The notes: generated by a model from the letters alone, not told the origin. A stretch of DNA of 64,000 bases from Ruminococcus sp. (GCA_014799805.1 JAAVHJ010000033.1:2326-66325), one strand, 5' to 3'. Positions 25,629 through 35,227 are shown, counted from the first letter of the stretch. Program-made: numbers and translations.

Positions 25629-26447
25629 ATGCAACAGAAAAAAGAAACTTGGGAAGATTTAAAAAAACGTGCAAGATGGGATAGAATTTTTGGTGCATTG
25701 GCTGTATTTTTATTAATATTAATATTATTTATTTCAGGTGTCAGCTCTTGTGCGAAAAAATTAACACAAGATGATGATACAAAGCCTGCAAATGTAGATG
25801 AAACTTTGCCCATTGGTGAAACAAATTCTATGACAAGTGATATTATTGATAATTCCATGGCAGTGTTTTTAAGTCCGTCTACACAAGAAGATAATGTTTA
25901 TGCTTGTGATAATACTATCACAGAAGAAAATGCCATGTGGCAAATTGCCAGACGTGTGCAGGCGTTATTAGAAACAGATGGTTATCAAGTTTACATCTGT
26001 GGTGAAGATGATACTGTGATGAGTAAAGTGCAACAAGGAAATGCCTTAAAATGTGGTGCTTATGTTGCGATTCATAGTAATTCCAGTGGCGAATCTGGTG
26101 ACGGGCAGGGAACAGAAATTTTTTATAATACAAATATTCCTGGAAGTCAGGCATTAGCAGAATATATTTATAATCGTGTGGCTAATTTAACACCTACAGA
26201 AGATAGAGGCGTAAAAGACCAGACACAAAGAGATTTATACGAAATTGAAAGAAATGAAAATGCTTGCTGTTTATTAGAAGTTGAATTTCATGATGATATG
26301 ACTACTTCACAATGGATTTTAAATCATGTGGAAGAAATTGCAATTTGTATTAAAGACGGTATTACAGATTATTTGAAAATGAAAGCTTATAGTACGCCTG
26401 CAACGCCGTCTGAGTCTGAAACTTTTGGAACAGGAGGCTTAATTTAA
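25629..26447 (+). CDS. Membrane-anchored N-acetylmuramoyl-L-alanine amidase (Amidase_3)
   Basis: VAIHSNS...GTEIFY...LLEVEFHDD zinc-amidase motifs after an N-terminal TM. Confidence 0.8.
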   Translation: MQQKKETWEDLKKRARWDRIFGALAVFLLILILFISGVSSCAKKLTQDDDTKPANVDETLPIGETNSMTSDIIDNSMAVFLSPSTQEDNVYACDNTITEENAMWQIARRVQALLETDGYQVYICGEDDTVMSKVQQGNALKCGAYVAIHSNSSGESGDGQGTEIFYNTNIPGSQALAEYIYNRVANLTPTEDRGVKDQTQRDLYEIERNENACCLLEVEFHDDMTTSQWILNHVEEIAICIKDGITDYLKMKAYSTPATPSESETFGTGGLI

Positions 26448-27058
26448 TGCAGAAATTAAATTATGATTCAGAAATGCAGAAAATTTTAGCAATGACTAAG
26501 CCTAGTGTATTATTACATGCTTGTTGTGCACCTTGCTCTAGTGCTGTATTAGAAAGAATTTCCAGTCAGGCAGATTTAACAATTTATTTTTATAATCCGA
26601 ATATTATTCCTGAATCTGAATATAATTACAGATTACAGGAATTAAAAAGATTAGTTCAGGAAATGCCCTCTGCACAGGGAATTGAAATTTTAGAAGGCAA
26701 TTATGAACCTGAAAAATTTCTTGCTTTCGCAGAGGCACTTGCCAATGAGCCAGAACGTGGAAAACGTTGCCAGAAATGCATTGCCTTGCGTTTAGAAGAA
26801 ACTGCAAAACTGGCAGATAATCTGGGCGCTGATTATTTTGCAACGACTTTGACATTAAGTCCGCATAAAGACGCTTTTTTTATTAATACAGCAGGTTTTG
26901 CAATTGCTGAAAATTTTCATGTAAACTGGTTGCCGTCTGATTTTAAGAAAAAAGAGGGTTATAAACGTTCTATTCTATTATCGCATGAATATTGCTTATA
27001 TCGGCAGGATTTTTGCGGTTGTCCGTTTTCAAAAAAATTAAAACACCCTGAAAGTTGA
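26447..27058 (+). CDS. queH: Epoxyqueuosine reductase QueH (DUF208)
   Basis: LLHACCAPCSS, a Cys-rich C-terminus (CGCPFS), and the LTLSPHK motif. Confidence 0.85.
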   Translation: MQKLNYDSEMQKILAMTKPSVLLHACCAPCSSAVLERISSQADLTIYFYNPNIIPESEYNYRLQELKRLVQEMPSAQGIEILEGNYEPEKFLAFAEALANEPERGKRCQKCIALRLEETAKLADNLGADYFATTLTLSPHKDAFFINTAGFAIAENFHVNWLPSDFKKKEGYKRSILLSHEYCLYRQDFCGCPFSKKLKHPES

Positions 27059-27072
27059 TGGAATGCGGAATC

Positions 27073-27564
27073 ATGAGCAAAGTAATTAAAATATTATATA
27101 TTACGATTACTAGCATTTCTTGGGTAATTTTTATAGTAAGTCTAATACGAGTAATTATAATTTGGGATTCCCTACCTGATAAAATCGGTGTTCATTTTGC
27201 CAGTAATGGCGAATTTGATGTGTTTGATAATAAAAATTATATAGCTTATCCTTATTTTATTGCAGTTATGAATCTTGTGTTCTGCGAGATTTTAGCAATA
27301 TTATCAAAAAAAATAAAATTAGGTATGAAAATAAGTGAAAAAGGTGATAGTCAGATAAGAACAGCATTTCAAATGCTCCTTGCTATGTTAAAGCTCGCAT
27401 TTTCTTTTTTCTTCTCGGGTGTCTGGGCAGACTGTGTGATAAGACAGCGTCCACTTAATACTAATATTCCAGTGGCTATCGTGCTGATAATATTTTTTAC
27501 ATTTTTTGTATTCATAATCGTTTCAGTTGTAATAAAAACCAAAAATTCGCCCGAAAGCAGTTGA
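27073..27564 (+). CDS. DUF1648-like integral membrane protein
   Basis: WDSLPDKIGVHFASNGEFD after the first TM, with four TMs in total. The start is uncertain (27055 or 27073). Confidence 0.45.
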   Translation: MSKVIKILYITITSISWVIFIVSLIRVIIIWDSLPDKIGVHFASNGEFDVFDNKNYIAYPYFIAVMNLVFCEILAILSKKIKLGMKISEKGDSQIRTAFQMLLAMLKLAFSFFFSGVWADCVIRQRPLNTNIPVAIVLIIFFTFFVFIIVSVVIKTKNSPESS

Positions 27565-27580
27565 AAAACTACTTTCGGGC
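27541..27580 (-). terminator. Probable terminator of the sigma/anti-sigma operon, embedded in the 3' end of the convergent gene
   Basis: GCCCGAAAG-14 nt-CTTTCGGGC, with a T-run on the minus strand. Confidence 0.45.
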
Positions 27581-27625
27581 ATTGCTTCTATATGAGTATC
27601 GCTCTTAATGCAGGGTGTTTTTTGA

Positions 27626-28900
27626 TTATTCAGATAAACTTGCTGAAAATTCAGAATAAGATTGATAATTTAAATCTGTATTATAATTTGTAGGATAGTT
27701 TTCTGTGTAGAATGTATTATATTCTTCTTCTGTAATTTTTTCATAGTTTAAATAATATCCATTTCCATTAATATAATGATGAGAATCATCATTTTTTAAA
27801 TAAGGATATTGTTCAAATAGAGTATCAGCATCATTCACACATGTTAATATAGTTTCTTCAACAAGTTTATGTTCTGGTGTAATTGTCAGGTAAATATTAT
27901 GATAAATTAGCCCTGCATATTCTCCGACATTATAATAAATGCTATTTTTTTCTGGGTGGAAACAATAACCCATGTTATTATTTATTCCATAAGCCCATTT
28001 GTCCATTAGTTCATAAACTTGATTATCTGCGTAAGTATATAAACTTATCCAGTAAGAAAAGCCATGAATCACTAGTTCAGGTGTGCCGTCTTTGTCGACA
28101 TCATACAGGCAATAAGATAAATTATTGAAATCTTTTTCGTATTCTTCGCAAATTTCAAGATATGCAGTCAGATAAGCAGGTTTTGTTGTAATTGGTTCAG
28201 TTTGTGTAGTAGTTGTTGTTGTTGTTGTTTCTGTAACGGGAGCTGTTACTGGTGATTCTGTTTCTATCACAGAATTTGTTACAGGAGCTGATATAGAATT
28301 TATTGCAATTGGTTCTGTTTCATAGGAAAGAACTGTTTCTTTATGTGGGAGTGTGACTGTAGTAGTTATTGTTGTTGTAATAGGAGTTGTTTGCGTTGTT
28401 GAGGCAATGATACTTGTTTCTGTAGAAGTTGCAGATGTTGCAGTAGAAAAAATTTCTGGAGTTGTTTGTATCATTGCTTGTGATGTGATTTGTGTTGTTG
28501 TCTGGACTGTTTCGGAAGTTTCAGAAAAAGTAGTTGTTTCTGTTGCAATTACAGACGGAATCGTTGTAGTAATATTTGTTTCTGTTTGAGAATTGTTGTT
28601 CTCAGATGGTGAAGTGAAACGAGTTAATTTCCAGATTCCTCCAAATGTTCCGCCCATGACTAATATACAAGCTGTTGCAATGCCAAAAGTTCTTGTCCAT
28701 GGCATATAGTTTATATTTTTTGCATGATAGGTTTCTGAAATTTTATATTCTTGTTGATTCATGGCTTTTTTCCTTTCACAAACTTGTTGATAAATTTTTT
28801 CTTTTGTCTTACTATCTGTCGCTTGATAAATATTTGCAATTTGATTCATTGTCTGTTCGTCAATAGAATCTAACAGCTTTTTGATATATTTTCGATTCAT
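27626..28900 (-). CDS. Putative anti-sigma factor: cytoplasmic N-terminus, one TM, Thr-rich linker, unknown extracellular domain
   Basis: Lies 13 nt downstream of the ECF sigma gene. It has one TM at about aa 70-92, a linker of about 150 aa rich in T/S/I/E, and a globular C-terminal roughly 190 aa. Confidence 0.5.
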   Translation of the reverse strand: MNRKYIKKLLDSIDEQTMNQIANIYQATDSKTKEKIYQQVCERKKAMNQQEYKISETYHAKNINYMPWTRTFGIATACILVMGGTFGGIWKLTRFTSPSENNNSQTETNITTTIPSVIATETTTFSETSETVQTTTQITSQAMIQTTPEIFSTATSATSTETSIIASTTQTTPITTTITTTVTLPHKETVLSYETEPIAINSISAPVTNSVIETESPVTAPVTETTTTTTTTQTEPITTKPAYLTAYLEICEEYEKDFNNLSYCLYDVDKDGTPELVIHGFSYWISLYTYADNQVYELMDKWAYGINNNMGYCFHPEKNSIYYNVGEYAGLIYHNIYLTITPEHKLVEETILTCVNDADTLFEQYPYLKNDDSHHYINGNGYYLNYEKITEEEYNTFYTENYPTNYNTDLNYQSYSEFSASLSE

Positions 28901-28912
28901 GAGAATACCTCC

Positions 28913-29473
28913 TTATAGTGTAATATTTTCTTTTAGTAGCATGGTTTTCAAGCGTTTTAATGCTCTGGAACAACGTACACGAATAGCAACAGGATTTAAT
29001 TTGATAATTTTAGAAATCTCTATTGAATTACGATGATAGAAAAATTTCTGAATAATAATACTTGCATCTGGTTCGCCTAATTCTGAAATGCAATGCATTA
29101 AAATTTTAGTCTGTTCAGATTGTTCTGTTAAGTTCTGAATATTTTCATCAGAGGATATTTGATTTAATTTTTCTTCTTCCAGAAAAACTTGCTTTTTTGC
29201 TTTGGCTTGTAACTGTTTGCTCATATTAATTGCCTTGTGTTTGGCAACAGTGCCAATGTATGCTTTTAATGAACCGTCATAATCTGGATTGACATGCATT
29301 AAAATTTCTGCAAAACAATCAATGACACATTCTTCTATGTCCTCACGACTGCCTATATCACGCAATTTTTGATAAATAATAATATATACATAATTATAAT
29401 ATTCGTCAAATAATGCTCTCTCACCTTGTTCTGGTTTTGATTTCAGCAATGCACGGATTTTTGATTCTGTCAT
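28913..29473 (-). CDS. ECF-type sigma-70 family RNA polymerase sigma factor
   Basis: Region 2 (YNYVYIIIYQKL...EDIEECVIDCF) and region 4 HTH (SIEISKIIKLNPVAIRVRCSRALKRLK). The ATG at 29473 follows GAAAGGGGG. Confidence 0.8.
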   Translation of the reverse strand: MTESKIRALLKSKPEQGERALFDEYYNYVYIIIYQKLRDIGSREDIEECVIDCFAEILMHVNPDYDGSLKAYIGTVAKHKAINMSKQLQAKAKKQVFLEEEKLNQISSDENIQNLTEQSEQTKILMHCISELGEPDASIIIQKFFYHRNSIEISKIIKLNPVAIRVRCSRALKRLKTMLLKENITL

Positions 29474-29606
29474 TCTATATGACCCCCTTTCATCATACAC
29501 ATACAAATTAGCTATGTCAAGTGTTACATATTTTTATAAAAATTTTTTCCAAAATTAAAAAAAATAAAAGCCAATATGCGAATCATAACATATTGGCTAT
29601 TGTTCA

Positions 29607-30584
29607 CTATAAATTAAATTTTAAAAAATCTTCTGCCAGTTGTTCAGCCTCCTGATAAGAAGATAATTGATAACATCTTGCACGAAATGCAGAGGCAAAT
29701 TTTAATCCTGTCATATACCAAGAAGCATGTTTTCTAGCCTCTCTGATTGCAATTTCAGGCGGTTTTTCACTAAATTTTAAAATTAATTGAATATGATTCA
29801 ACATCATGTCCATGCGTTCCTGAACCGTTGGAGCTGTATAGACAAGTTTTTTTCGATAACAATCAATTTCTTCAAAAATCCAAGGATTTCCATAGCTTGC
29901 ACGTCCGACAGCAACTAAATCCACACCTGTTTCCTCATACATGCGTTCACAGTCTTGTGCATTGCGAATATCGCCGTTTCCAATCACGGGAATTTTTACA
30001 GCTTGTTTGACTTGTTGAATCACACTCCAGTCCGCTTTTCCAGAATATAATTGTTGTTTGGTTCTACCGTGAACAGTTAAAGCACTTGCCCCAGCAGATT
30101 CTAATAATTTCGCAAATTCAACTGCATTAATCGTATTGCTATCCCAGCCGATACGCATTTTAACTGTAATTGGCACAGAAGATTCTTTGACAGCCGATTT
30201 TACACAGGATTCTGCTAATTCTGGTGTTTTTAATAAAGCTGACCCTGCACCAGTATTTGTGACTTTGGGAACAGGACAACCCATATTTAAATCTATCCAG
30301 TCAGGCTGATAATCTTGTAATAAACAAGTGGCTTTTGCAATAAATTCAGGTTCACTGCCGAATAATTGTAACCCCATAGGGCGTTCCTGTTCTGTGATTC
30401 TACAAAGAAATGCACTGCCTTTACTATCATAGCAAAGCCCTTTTGCAGAAATCATTTCACTAACTGTCATGACAGCTCCTTTTTTTCTTGCTAAAATTCT
30501 ATAAGCTGTATCTGCAACGCCTGCCATTGGTGCAAGTGTTGCAGTTTGTGGACATGAAATATTTAATAGATTAATTTCTTGCAT
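29607..30584 (-). CDS. dusB: tRNA-dihydrouridine synthase (DusB family)
   Basis: LAPMAGVAD, DLNMGCP and HGRT motifs. Confidence 0.9.
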   Translation of the reverse strand: MQEINLLNISCPQTATLAPMAGVADTAYRILARKKGAVMTVSEMISAKGLCYDSKGSAFLCRITEQERPMGLQLFGSEPEFIAKATCLLQDYQPDWIDLNMGCPVPKVTNTGAGSALLKTPELAESCVKSAVKESSVPITVKMRIGWDSNTINAVEFAKLLESAGASALTVHGRTKQQLYSGKADWSVIQQVKQAVKIPVIGNGDIRNAQDCERMYEETGVDLVAVGRASYGNPWIFEEIDCYRKKLVYTAPTVQERMDMMLNHIQLILKFSEKPPEIAIREARKHASWYMTGLKFASAFRARCYQLSSYQEAEQLAEDFLKFNL

Positions 30585-30747
30585 GATTCATTCTCCAGTT
30601 TTTTATTTTTATTATAGCATAATTTTGCATAACAGTCAAATTTATTATTTTTATTTGTATAAATTGCTTAAAAATTCTTGACAAATAAAAAATAATATGT
30701 TATAATATAAAAATAAAATATTTGTTAAGAAAGGCTTTGTGATAAAT

Positions 30748-31560
30748 ATGAGTCAATACACATATAAGATAACAACAGAAGAAATTTATAAATATTTAAG
30801 CATATCTGTCTGTTCACCTGAAAATAAAGAACTAAAAATATTAAATACTTTTATTATAACAGATATTGGTGAGAGTGCAAGAAAAACATTAGATTTACTG
30901 TATCATGTACAAGCTATTCTGAATGGCAAACAAGAAACTTATAGCTGGTTAGGGGAAATATGTGCAATCTATGTAGGAAAAGAAAAAAGCATGATTGTTG
31001 ATACGTTATCAGGGTATAATTATAATGAAAATTATGATTATGATTATCCTGCTATTACGCCACCTGACATATGCGATTATGAAGAAATAGAAACTGTTGC
31101 ATTAAAAGAAATATTGAAAGCTTGGTATGAAGAAATCACTCAGATTCATAGAAAGAAAATAATAAATATGAGCAAATATATAACAAAAGATAGTAAACTT
31201 ACGAAAAGATTACACATCTCTGTTTGTTCCCCTGAAAACAAACAATCAAAAATATTAAATACCTTCATTATAATAGATTTGGAAAATAAAAGAAACACAT
31301 TAAATTTACTGAATCATGTACAAGCTGTTCTGAATGGCGAACAAGAAACTTATAGCTGGTTAGGCAAAATATGTGCTGTTTATGTATCGAAAGAAAAAAG
31401 CATGATTGTTGATACGTTATCAGGGTATAATTATGATGAAAATTATGAAGGTTATGATTATTTTTCTATTACGCCATCTAATATATGCGATTATGAAGAA
31501 ATAGAAACAATTGCGTTAGAAGAGATATTGCAAGCTTGGTATCATGCAATTATTAATAAT
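30748..31560. repeat. Intragenic tandem duplication, period about 420 bp
   Basis: Copy 1 is about 30748-31155 and copy 2 about 31168-31560. A stretch of more than 40 nt is identical (aaagaaaaaagcatgattgttgatacgttatcagggtataattat). Confidence 0.85.
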
Positions 31561-31563
31561 TAA
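30748..31563 (+). CDS. Hypothetical protein made of two tandem roughly 135-aa repeats
   Basis: Residues about 1-135 and 141-271 align end to end (ISVCSPENK..KILNTFII.D, QETYSWLG.ICA.YV.KEKSMIVDTLSGYNY, ICDYEEIET.AL.EIL.AWY). Confidence 0.5.
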   Translation: MSQYTYKITTEEIYKYLSISVCSPENKELKILNTFIITDIGESARKTLDLLYHVQAILNGKQETYSWLGEICAIYVGKEKSMIVDTLSGYNYNENYDYDYPAITPPDICDYEEIETVALKEILKAWYEEITQIHRKKIINMSKYITKDSKLTKRLHISVCSPENKQSKILNTFIIIDLENKRNTLNLLNHVQAVLNGEQETYSWLGKICAVYVSKEKSMIVDTLSGYNYDENYEGYDYFSITPSNICDYEEIETIALEEILQAWYHAIINN

Positions 31564-31579
31564 GTAATTAAATAATCAA

Positions 31580-31610
31580 ATCCCCCGTTTTGATAGGCGG
31601 GGGATTTTTT
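31580..31610. terminator. Bidirectional intrinsic terminator
   Basis: ATCCCCCG-10 nt-CGGGGGAT followed by T6, with an A-rich 5' flank. Confidence 0.75.
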
Positions 31611-31612
31611 GA

Positions 31613-32899
31613 TTATTTTACAGCATCAAAACCATGTTGCAAATCTTCTAAAATATCGTCAATATGTTCTGTACCTATGGATAATCTAATTGTATTTGGC
31701 TTAATGCCTGCACTTAATAATTCTTCTTCATTCATTTGGGAATGTGTTGTTGACGCAGGGTGAATCACAAGAGATTTTACATCTGCCACATTTGCCAACA
31801 AAGAGAATAATCCTAAACTCTCTGTGAATTGTTTTGCTTTTTCAGCATCGCCTTTTAATTCAAACGTGAAAATAGATGCTGCACCATTCGGGAAATATTC
31901 AGCATATAATTCTTGTTGTCTGCCTGTTGCCAAAGACGGATGGTTTACTTTTTCAACTTGTGGGTGATTTTTTAAGAAATCTACAACTTTTAAAGCATTT
32001 TCCACGTGACGTTCTAATCTTAATGACAGAGTTTCCAGCCCTTGTAATAACAAGAATGAATTAAATGGTGAAATTGTTGCCCCTTGGTCTCTCATAAGAG
32101 TTGTTCTTAATTTCAAAATATATGCAAGATTTCCGCAAGCTTCTGTGAATACAACGCCATGATAAGATGGATTTGGTTTTGATAAGCTTGGGAATTTATC
32201 ATTTTGTGACCAGTCAAATTTACCAGAATCTATAACGACACCACCCATAACTGTACCATGACCGCCGATAAATTTTGTTGCAGAATGCACAACAATATCA
32301 GCTCCATGTTCAATTGGTCTTAATAGATACGGTGTTGCAAATGTATTATCTACAATCAATGGAATACCATGTTTATGAGCGATTTCTGCAATTGCTTTTA
32401 AATCAATGACATCTGAATTCGGATTGCCAAGCGTTTCAGCATATAATAATTTTGTATTTTCCTGAATTGCTTTTTCAAAATTTTCAGGTTCAGATGGGTC
32501 AACAAATGTTGTTGTTAAACCCTGTTCTGGCAGAGTATTTGCAAATAAATTATATGTTCCGCCATATAAATTTGTAGAAGAAACAATATGATCACCAACA
32601 GTTGCAATATTTTGAATTGCATAAGTAATCGCCGCAGAACCAGAAGCTGTTGCTAATGCACCTGCACCGCACTCTAATGCACAGATACGCTGTTCAAATA
32701 CATCAGAAGTTGGATTCATGAGACGAGTATAAATATTACCACCCTCTGTTAAAGCAAATCTTCCTGCTGCCGTTGCGGAATCTTTGAATACATAAGAAGT
32801 TGTTGCATAAATTGGAACAGCTCTTGCATCTGTAGTAGGGTCTGGATTTTCCTGTCCAGCATGTAACTGAATTGTTTCAAATTTATAATTTTTGCTCAT
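31613..32899 (-). CDS. metY: O-acetylhomoserine sulfhydrylase / aminocarboxypropyltransferase
   Basis: [10 protein letters not shown]...[10 protein letters not shown] and the [13 protein letters not shown]-lysine motif. The start is at MSKNYKF after AAAGGAG. Confidence 0.9.
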   Translation of the reverse strand: MSKNYKFETIQLHAGQENPDPTTDARAVPIYATTSYVFKDSATAAGRFALTEGGNIYTRLMNPTSDVFEQRICALECGAGALATASGSAAITYAIQNIATVGDHIVSSTNLYGGTYNLFANTLPEQGLTTTFVDPSEPENFEKAIQENTKLLYAETLGNPNSDVIDLKAIAEIAHKHGIPLIVDNTFATPYLLRPIEHGADIVVHSATKFIGGHGTVMGGVVIDSGKFDWSQNDKFPSLSKPNPSYHGVVFTEACGNLAYILKLRTTLMRDQGATISPFNSFLLLQGLETLSLRLERHVENALKVVDFLKNHPQVEKVNHPSLATGRQQELYAEYFPNGAASIFTFELKGDAEKAKQFTESLGLFSLLANVADVKSLVIHPASTTHSQMNEEELLSAGIKPNTIRLSIGTEHIDDILEDLQHGFDAVK

Positions 32900-32967
32900 A
32901 AAAAACATTCTCCTTTGAAAATTATTTAAATCTTATTAAATCAATAGGTAAACTAGATTTTAATATT

Positions 32968-32996
32968 ATTATAGCATAGTTTGTCTGATTTGTCAA
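32968..32996 (-). promoter_or_regulatory. Consensus sigma-A promoter of metY
   Basis: On the minus strand: TTGACA, 17 nt, TGcTATAAT. Confidence 0.55.
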
Positions 32997-33034
32997 GTAA
33001 AATTTTGAATTATTTTATTTTTTCAGAAAGAAGA

Positions 33035-33066
33035 CCTCCGCCTTTGTGGGCGGAGGAGTTTTTTTT
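33035..33066. terminator. GC-rich hairpin terminator downstream of the COG0523 pair
   Basis: CCTCCGCC-tttgtg-GGCGGAGG, with T8 on the plus side and a U-rich stretch on the minus side. Confidence 0.5.
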
Positions 33067-33073
33067 ATTACTA

Positions 33074-34039
33074 TTAATAAAAAGTTGCGACTTCCTGTTC
33101 TGGAGCATTCGTTAAAATAATATTCTGTATTTTCAAAACAGGTCCTTTGCCCTGATAAAGTTTATGACGTTGTACAGAAATATCTGCTGTCAAACGCACC
33201 CATTGCCGAGTATCAAACATCTGTGCTTTTTCCCATTCACAAACAAGCCAACAGTACTGAATATCTTCTACACAGCAAGTCATCACATGACGACCACCAG
33301 CAAATACATTTTTAGGAAATTTTTTATCTCTCACCACAGCCGCACGGAAAGTTACTTTTTTGCCATTATATTTTTCTGGTTCTTCCATAATATCCCTGTA
33401 AAATAAAGCATAATCTTCATCGTTAATTACAATTTCATCTGCGTGAATATCAAATGGCAAAGGGTCTTGAATGTCATCATAAGCGACTTCGCCATCAGTT
33501 GTTTCATAAGCAATTTGTGTACGGCGACTGATACCTCTTACAATTTTATGAAAATCTAATTGGTTCATTGTCGCTTTATCAAAACGATTAAATACAACTA
33601 ATTCACTGACATTAATTTTATCCACAACAAGACTACGCATATTCGCATTATAATTTAAAAATGTTCCAGAATCCACAAAACACATAGCCTGATAAACAGC
33701 CCATTCCATTGGCAGATTCTCAAATAAATCATTAATAGTCCACATGCCGTTATATTCCAGAACAACTCTAGTTGCGCCAGTTTCCGCAAGAATCTTTTTC
33801 AGATTTTCTTCGTTAAAATCTTCTTTTTCTTCAATCACATGTTGAAAAATAGTGCCTGCATTTGGGAAACGTGATGCATCATATTCTTCTTCGCCCTCTT
33901 CACAGAGCAAAAGCAAAGTCTTTTCGCCGTTATTAAAACGCTTATCTTCCAGTGTTTCCTGAATAAATTTTGTTTTACCGCCCTCTAAAAAGCCAACAAA
34001 CAAATATACAGGAATATCTTCTATTTCCTGATTGGGCAT
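33074..34039 (-). CDS. CobW/COG0523-like GTPase lacking CXCC, fused to a Cys-motif C-terminal domain
   Basis: Walker A GFLEGGKT. There is no CXCC motif. The C-terminal HVMTCCVEDIQYC resembles the MTCC..D motif of DUF1980/TIGR03943-type domains. Confidence 0.55.
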   Translation of the reverse strand: MPNQEIEDIPVYLFVGFLEGGKTKFIQETLEDKRFNNGEKTLLLLCEEGEEEYDASRFPNAGTIFQHVIEEKEDFNEENLKKILAETGATRVVLEYNGMWTINDLFENLPMEWAVYQAMCFVDSGTFLNYNANMRSLVVDKINVSELVVFNRFDKATMNQLDFHKIVRGISRRTQIAYETTDGEVAYDDIQDPLPFDIHADEIVINDEDYALFYRDIMEEPEKYNGKKVTFRAAVVRDKKFPKNVFAGGRHVMTCCVEDIQYCWLVCEWEKAQMFDTRQWVRLTADISVQRHKLYQGKGPVLKIQNIILTNAPEQEVATFY

Positions 34040-34120
34040 AAAAATTTCTCCTTTATATGATATAATAAAATTAATAAATACTAATAAGAGGGTACAAATG
34101 CACCCTCTTAAACAGCAAAA

Positions 34121-35227
34121 TTATTCTGCGTGGAATAATTCTGCAATTGCAGATTCGTTAATTTTGGAGCCAATGACACAAAGTCTGCCAGTTGTTGCAG
34201 GGCTTCCATGACGGACATCAGGAGAATTTGGAATATAATCATAATGAATCCAATTTCCATCAGTACCAGCAACAATACCTTTTGCACGGAGAATCAAACC
34301 ATAAGTTTCGGAATCCTCCAAAGCCTCCAAAGCAGATTGAATTTCTTCGACAGTATATTTTCTAGCTGTTTCAGCTCCCCAGCTTGTGAACACTTCATCT
34401 GCATGATGATGTTCATGGTCATGACAGCAATGTTCATGTCCTTCATGGTCATGATGATGATGTTCGTGTTCCTCATGGTCATGACAACAATGTTCATGTT
34501 CTTCATGGTCGTGATGATGATGTTCGTGTTCCTCATGGTCATGACAACAATGTTCATGTTCTTCATGGCCATGATGATGATGTTCATGATGTTTTTCTTC
34601 TTCCAGCAAAGATTTTAATTCATTATCAAGTGTATTTTTTTGTGTCATAGCTTCTGTGAGCTGTTCGCCTGTGAGTGATTCCCAGTCAGTTGTTACAATT
34701 GGAGCTGTTGCGTTCTTTTCACGCAAACGCTTTACGCAATCATCAAGTTTATCTTGATTTAAGCCTTTGGTATGACTTAAAATTAAGCAACTTGCATAGG
34801 TAATCTGATTATCAAAAAATTCACCGAAATTTTTCTGATACATCTTGCATTTTTTCGCATCAACCACAGTTGTAAAACCATCAAGTTCTACATCATGCAT
34901 TTCTAAATTCTGAACAGCTCTGATTACATCACTAAGTTTACCAACGCCAGATGGTTCAATTAAAATTCTGTCAGGGTGATACTGGTCTAATACTTTTTGC
35001 AGAGCTTCACCGAAATCACCTACCAGAGAACAACAGATACAGCCAGAATTCATTTCTGTAATTTCTACGCCTGCATCTTGCAAGAAACCGCCATCAATGC
35101 CAATCTGACCGAATTCATTTTCAATCAGAACAAGCTTTTCGTTTTGATAAGCTTCTGCAATTAATTTTTTAATCAAAGTTGTCTTTCCTGCACCAAGAAA
35201 TCCAGAAAAAATAGTAATCTTTGTCAT
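34121..35227 (-). CDS. COG0523 (CobW/ZigA/YciC-type) metallochaperone GTPase with long His/Cys-rich insert
   Basis: GFLGAGKTTL Walker A, the GCICCSL CXCC motif, a CobW_C-like C-terminus, and a roughly 65-aa HEHHHH/HEHCCHDHEE insert. Confidence 0.85.
   Translation of the reverse strand: MTKITIFSGFLGAGKTTLIKKLIAEAYQNEKLVLIENEFGQIGIDGGFLQDAGVEITEMNSGCICCSLVGDFGEALQKVLDQYHPDRILIEPSGVGKLSDVIRAVQNLEMHDVELDGFTTVVDAKKCKMYQKNFGEFFDNQITYASCLILSHTKGLNQDKLDDCVKRLREKNATAPIVTTDWESLTGEQLTEAMTQKNTLDNELKSLLEEEKHHEHHHHGHEEHEHCCHDHEEHEHHHHDHEEHEHCCHDHEEHEHHHHDHEGHEHCCHDHEHHHADEVFTSWGAETARKYTVEEIQSALEALEDSETYGLILRAKGIVAGTDGNWIHYDYIPNSPDVRHGSPATTGRLCVIGSKINESAIAELFHAE
34413..34590. repeat. 60-bp tandem repeat (about 3 copies) encoding HEHCCHDHEEHEHHHHDHEE units
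   Basis: 34441-34500 and 34501-34560 differ at one base, with partial copies on both sides. Confidence 0.9.

Noticed and set aside
32900-32967. A SAM riboswitch or T-box leader upstream of metY.
   Set aside because: The distance from the consensus promoter to the start codon is only about 60 nt. That stretch is AT-rich and unstructured, which leaves no room for either element.
34208-34618. A plus-strand 136-aa ORF and a minus-strand 97-aa ORF (34294..34587) rich in Met, Phe, Val or Asn and Ile.
   Set aside because: They are alternative-frame readings of the 60-bp His/Cys repeat inside the COG0523 gene, so they are artefacts of the repeat rather than genes.
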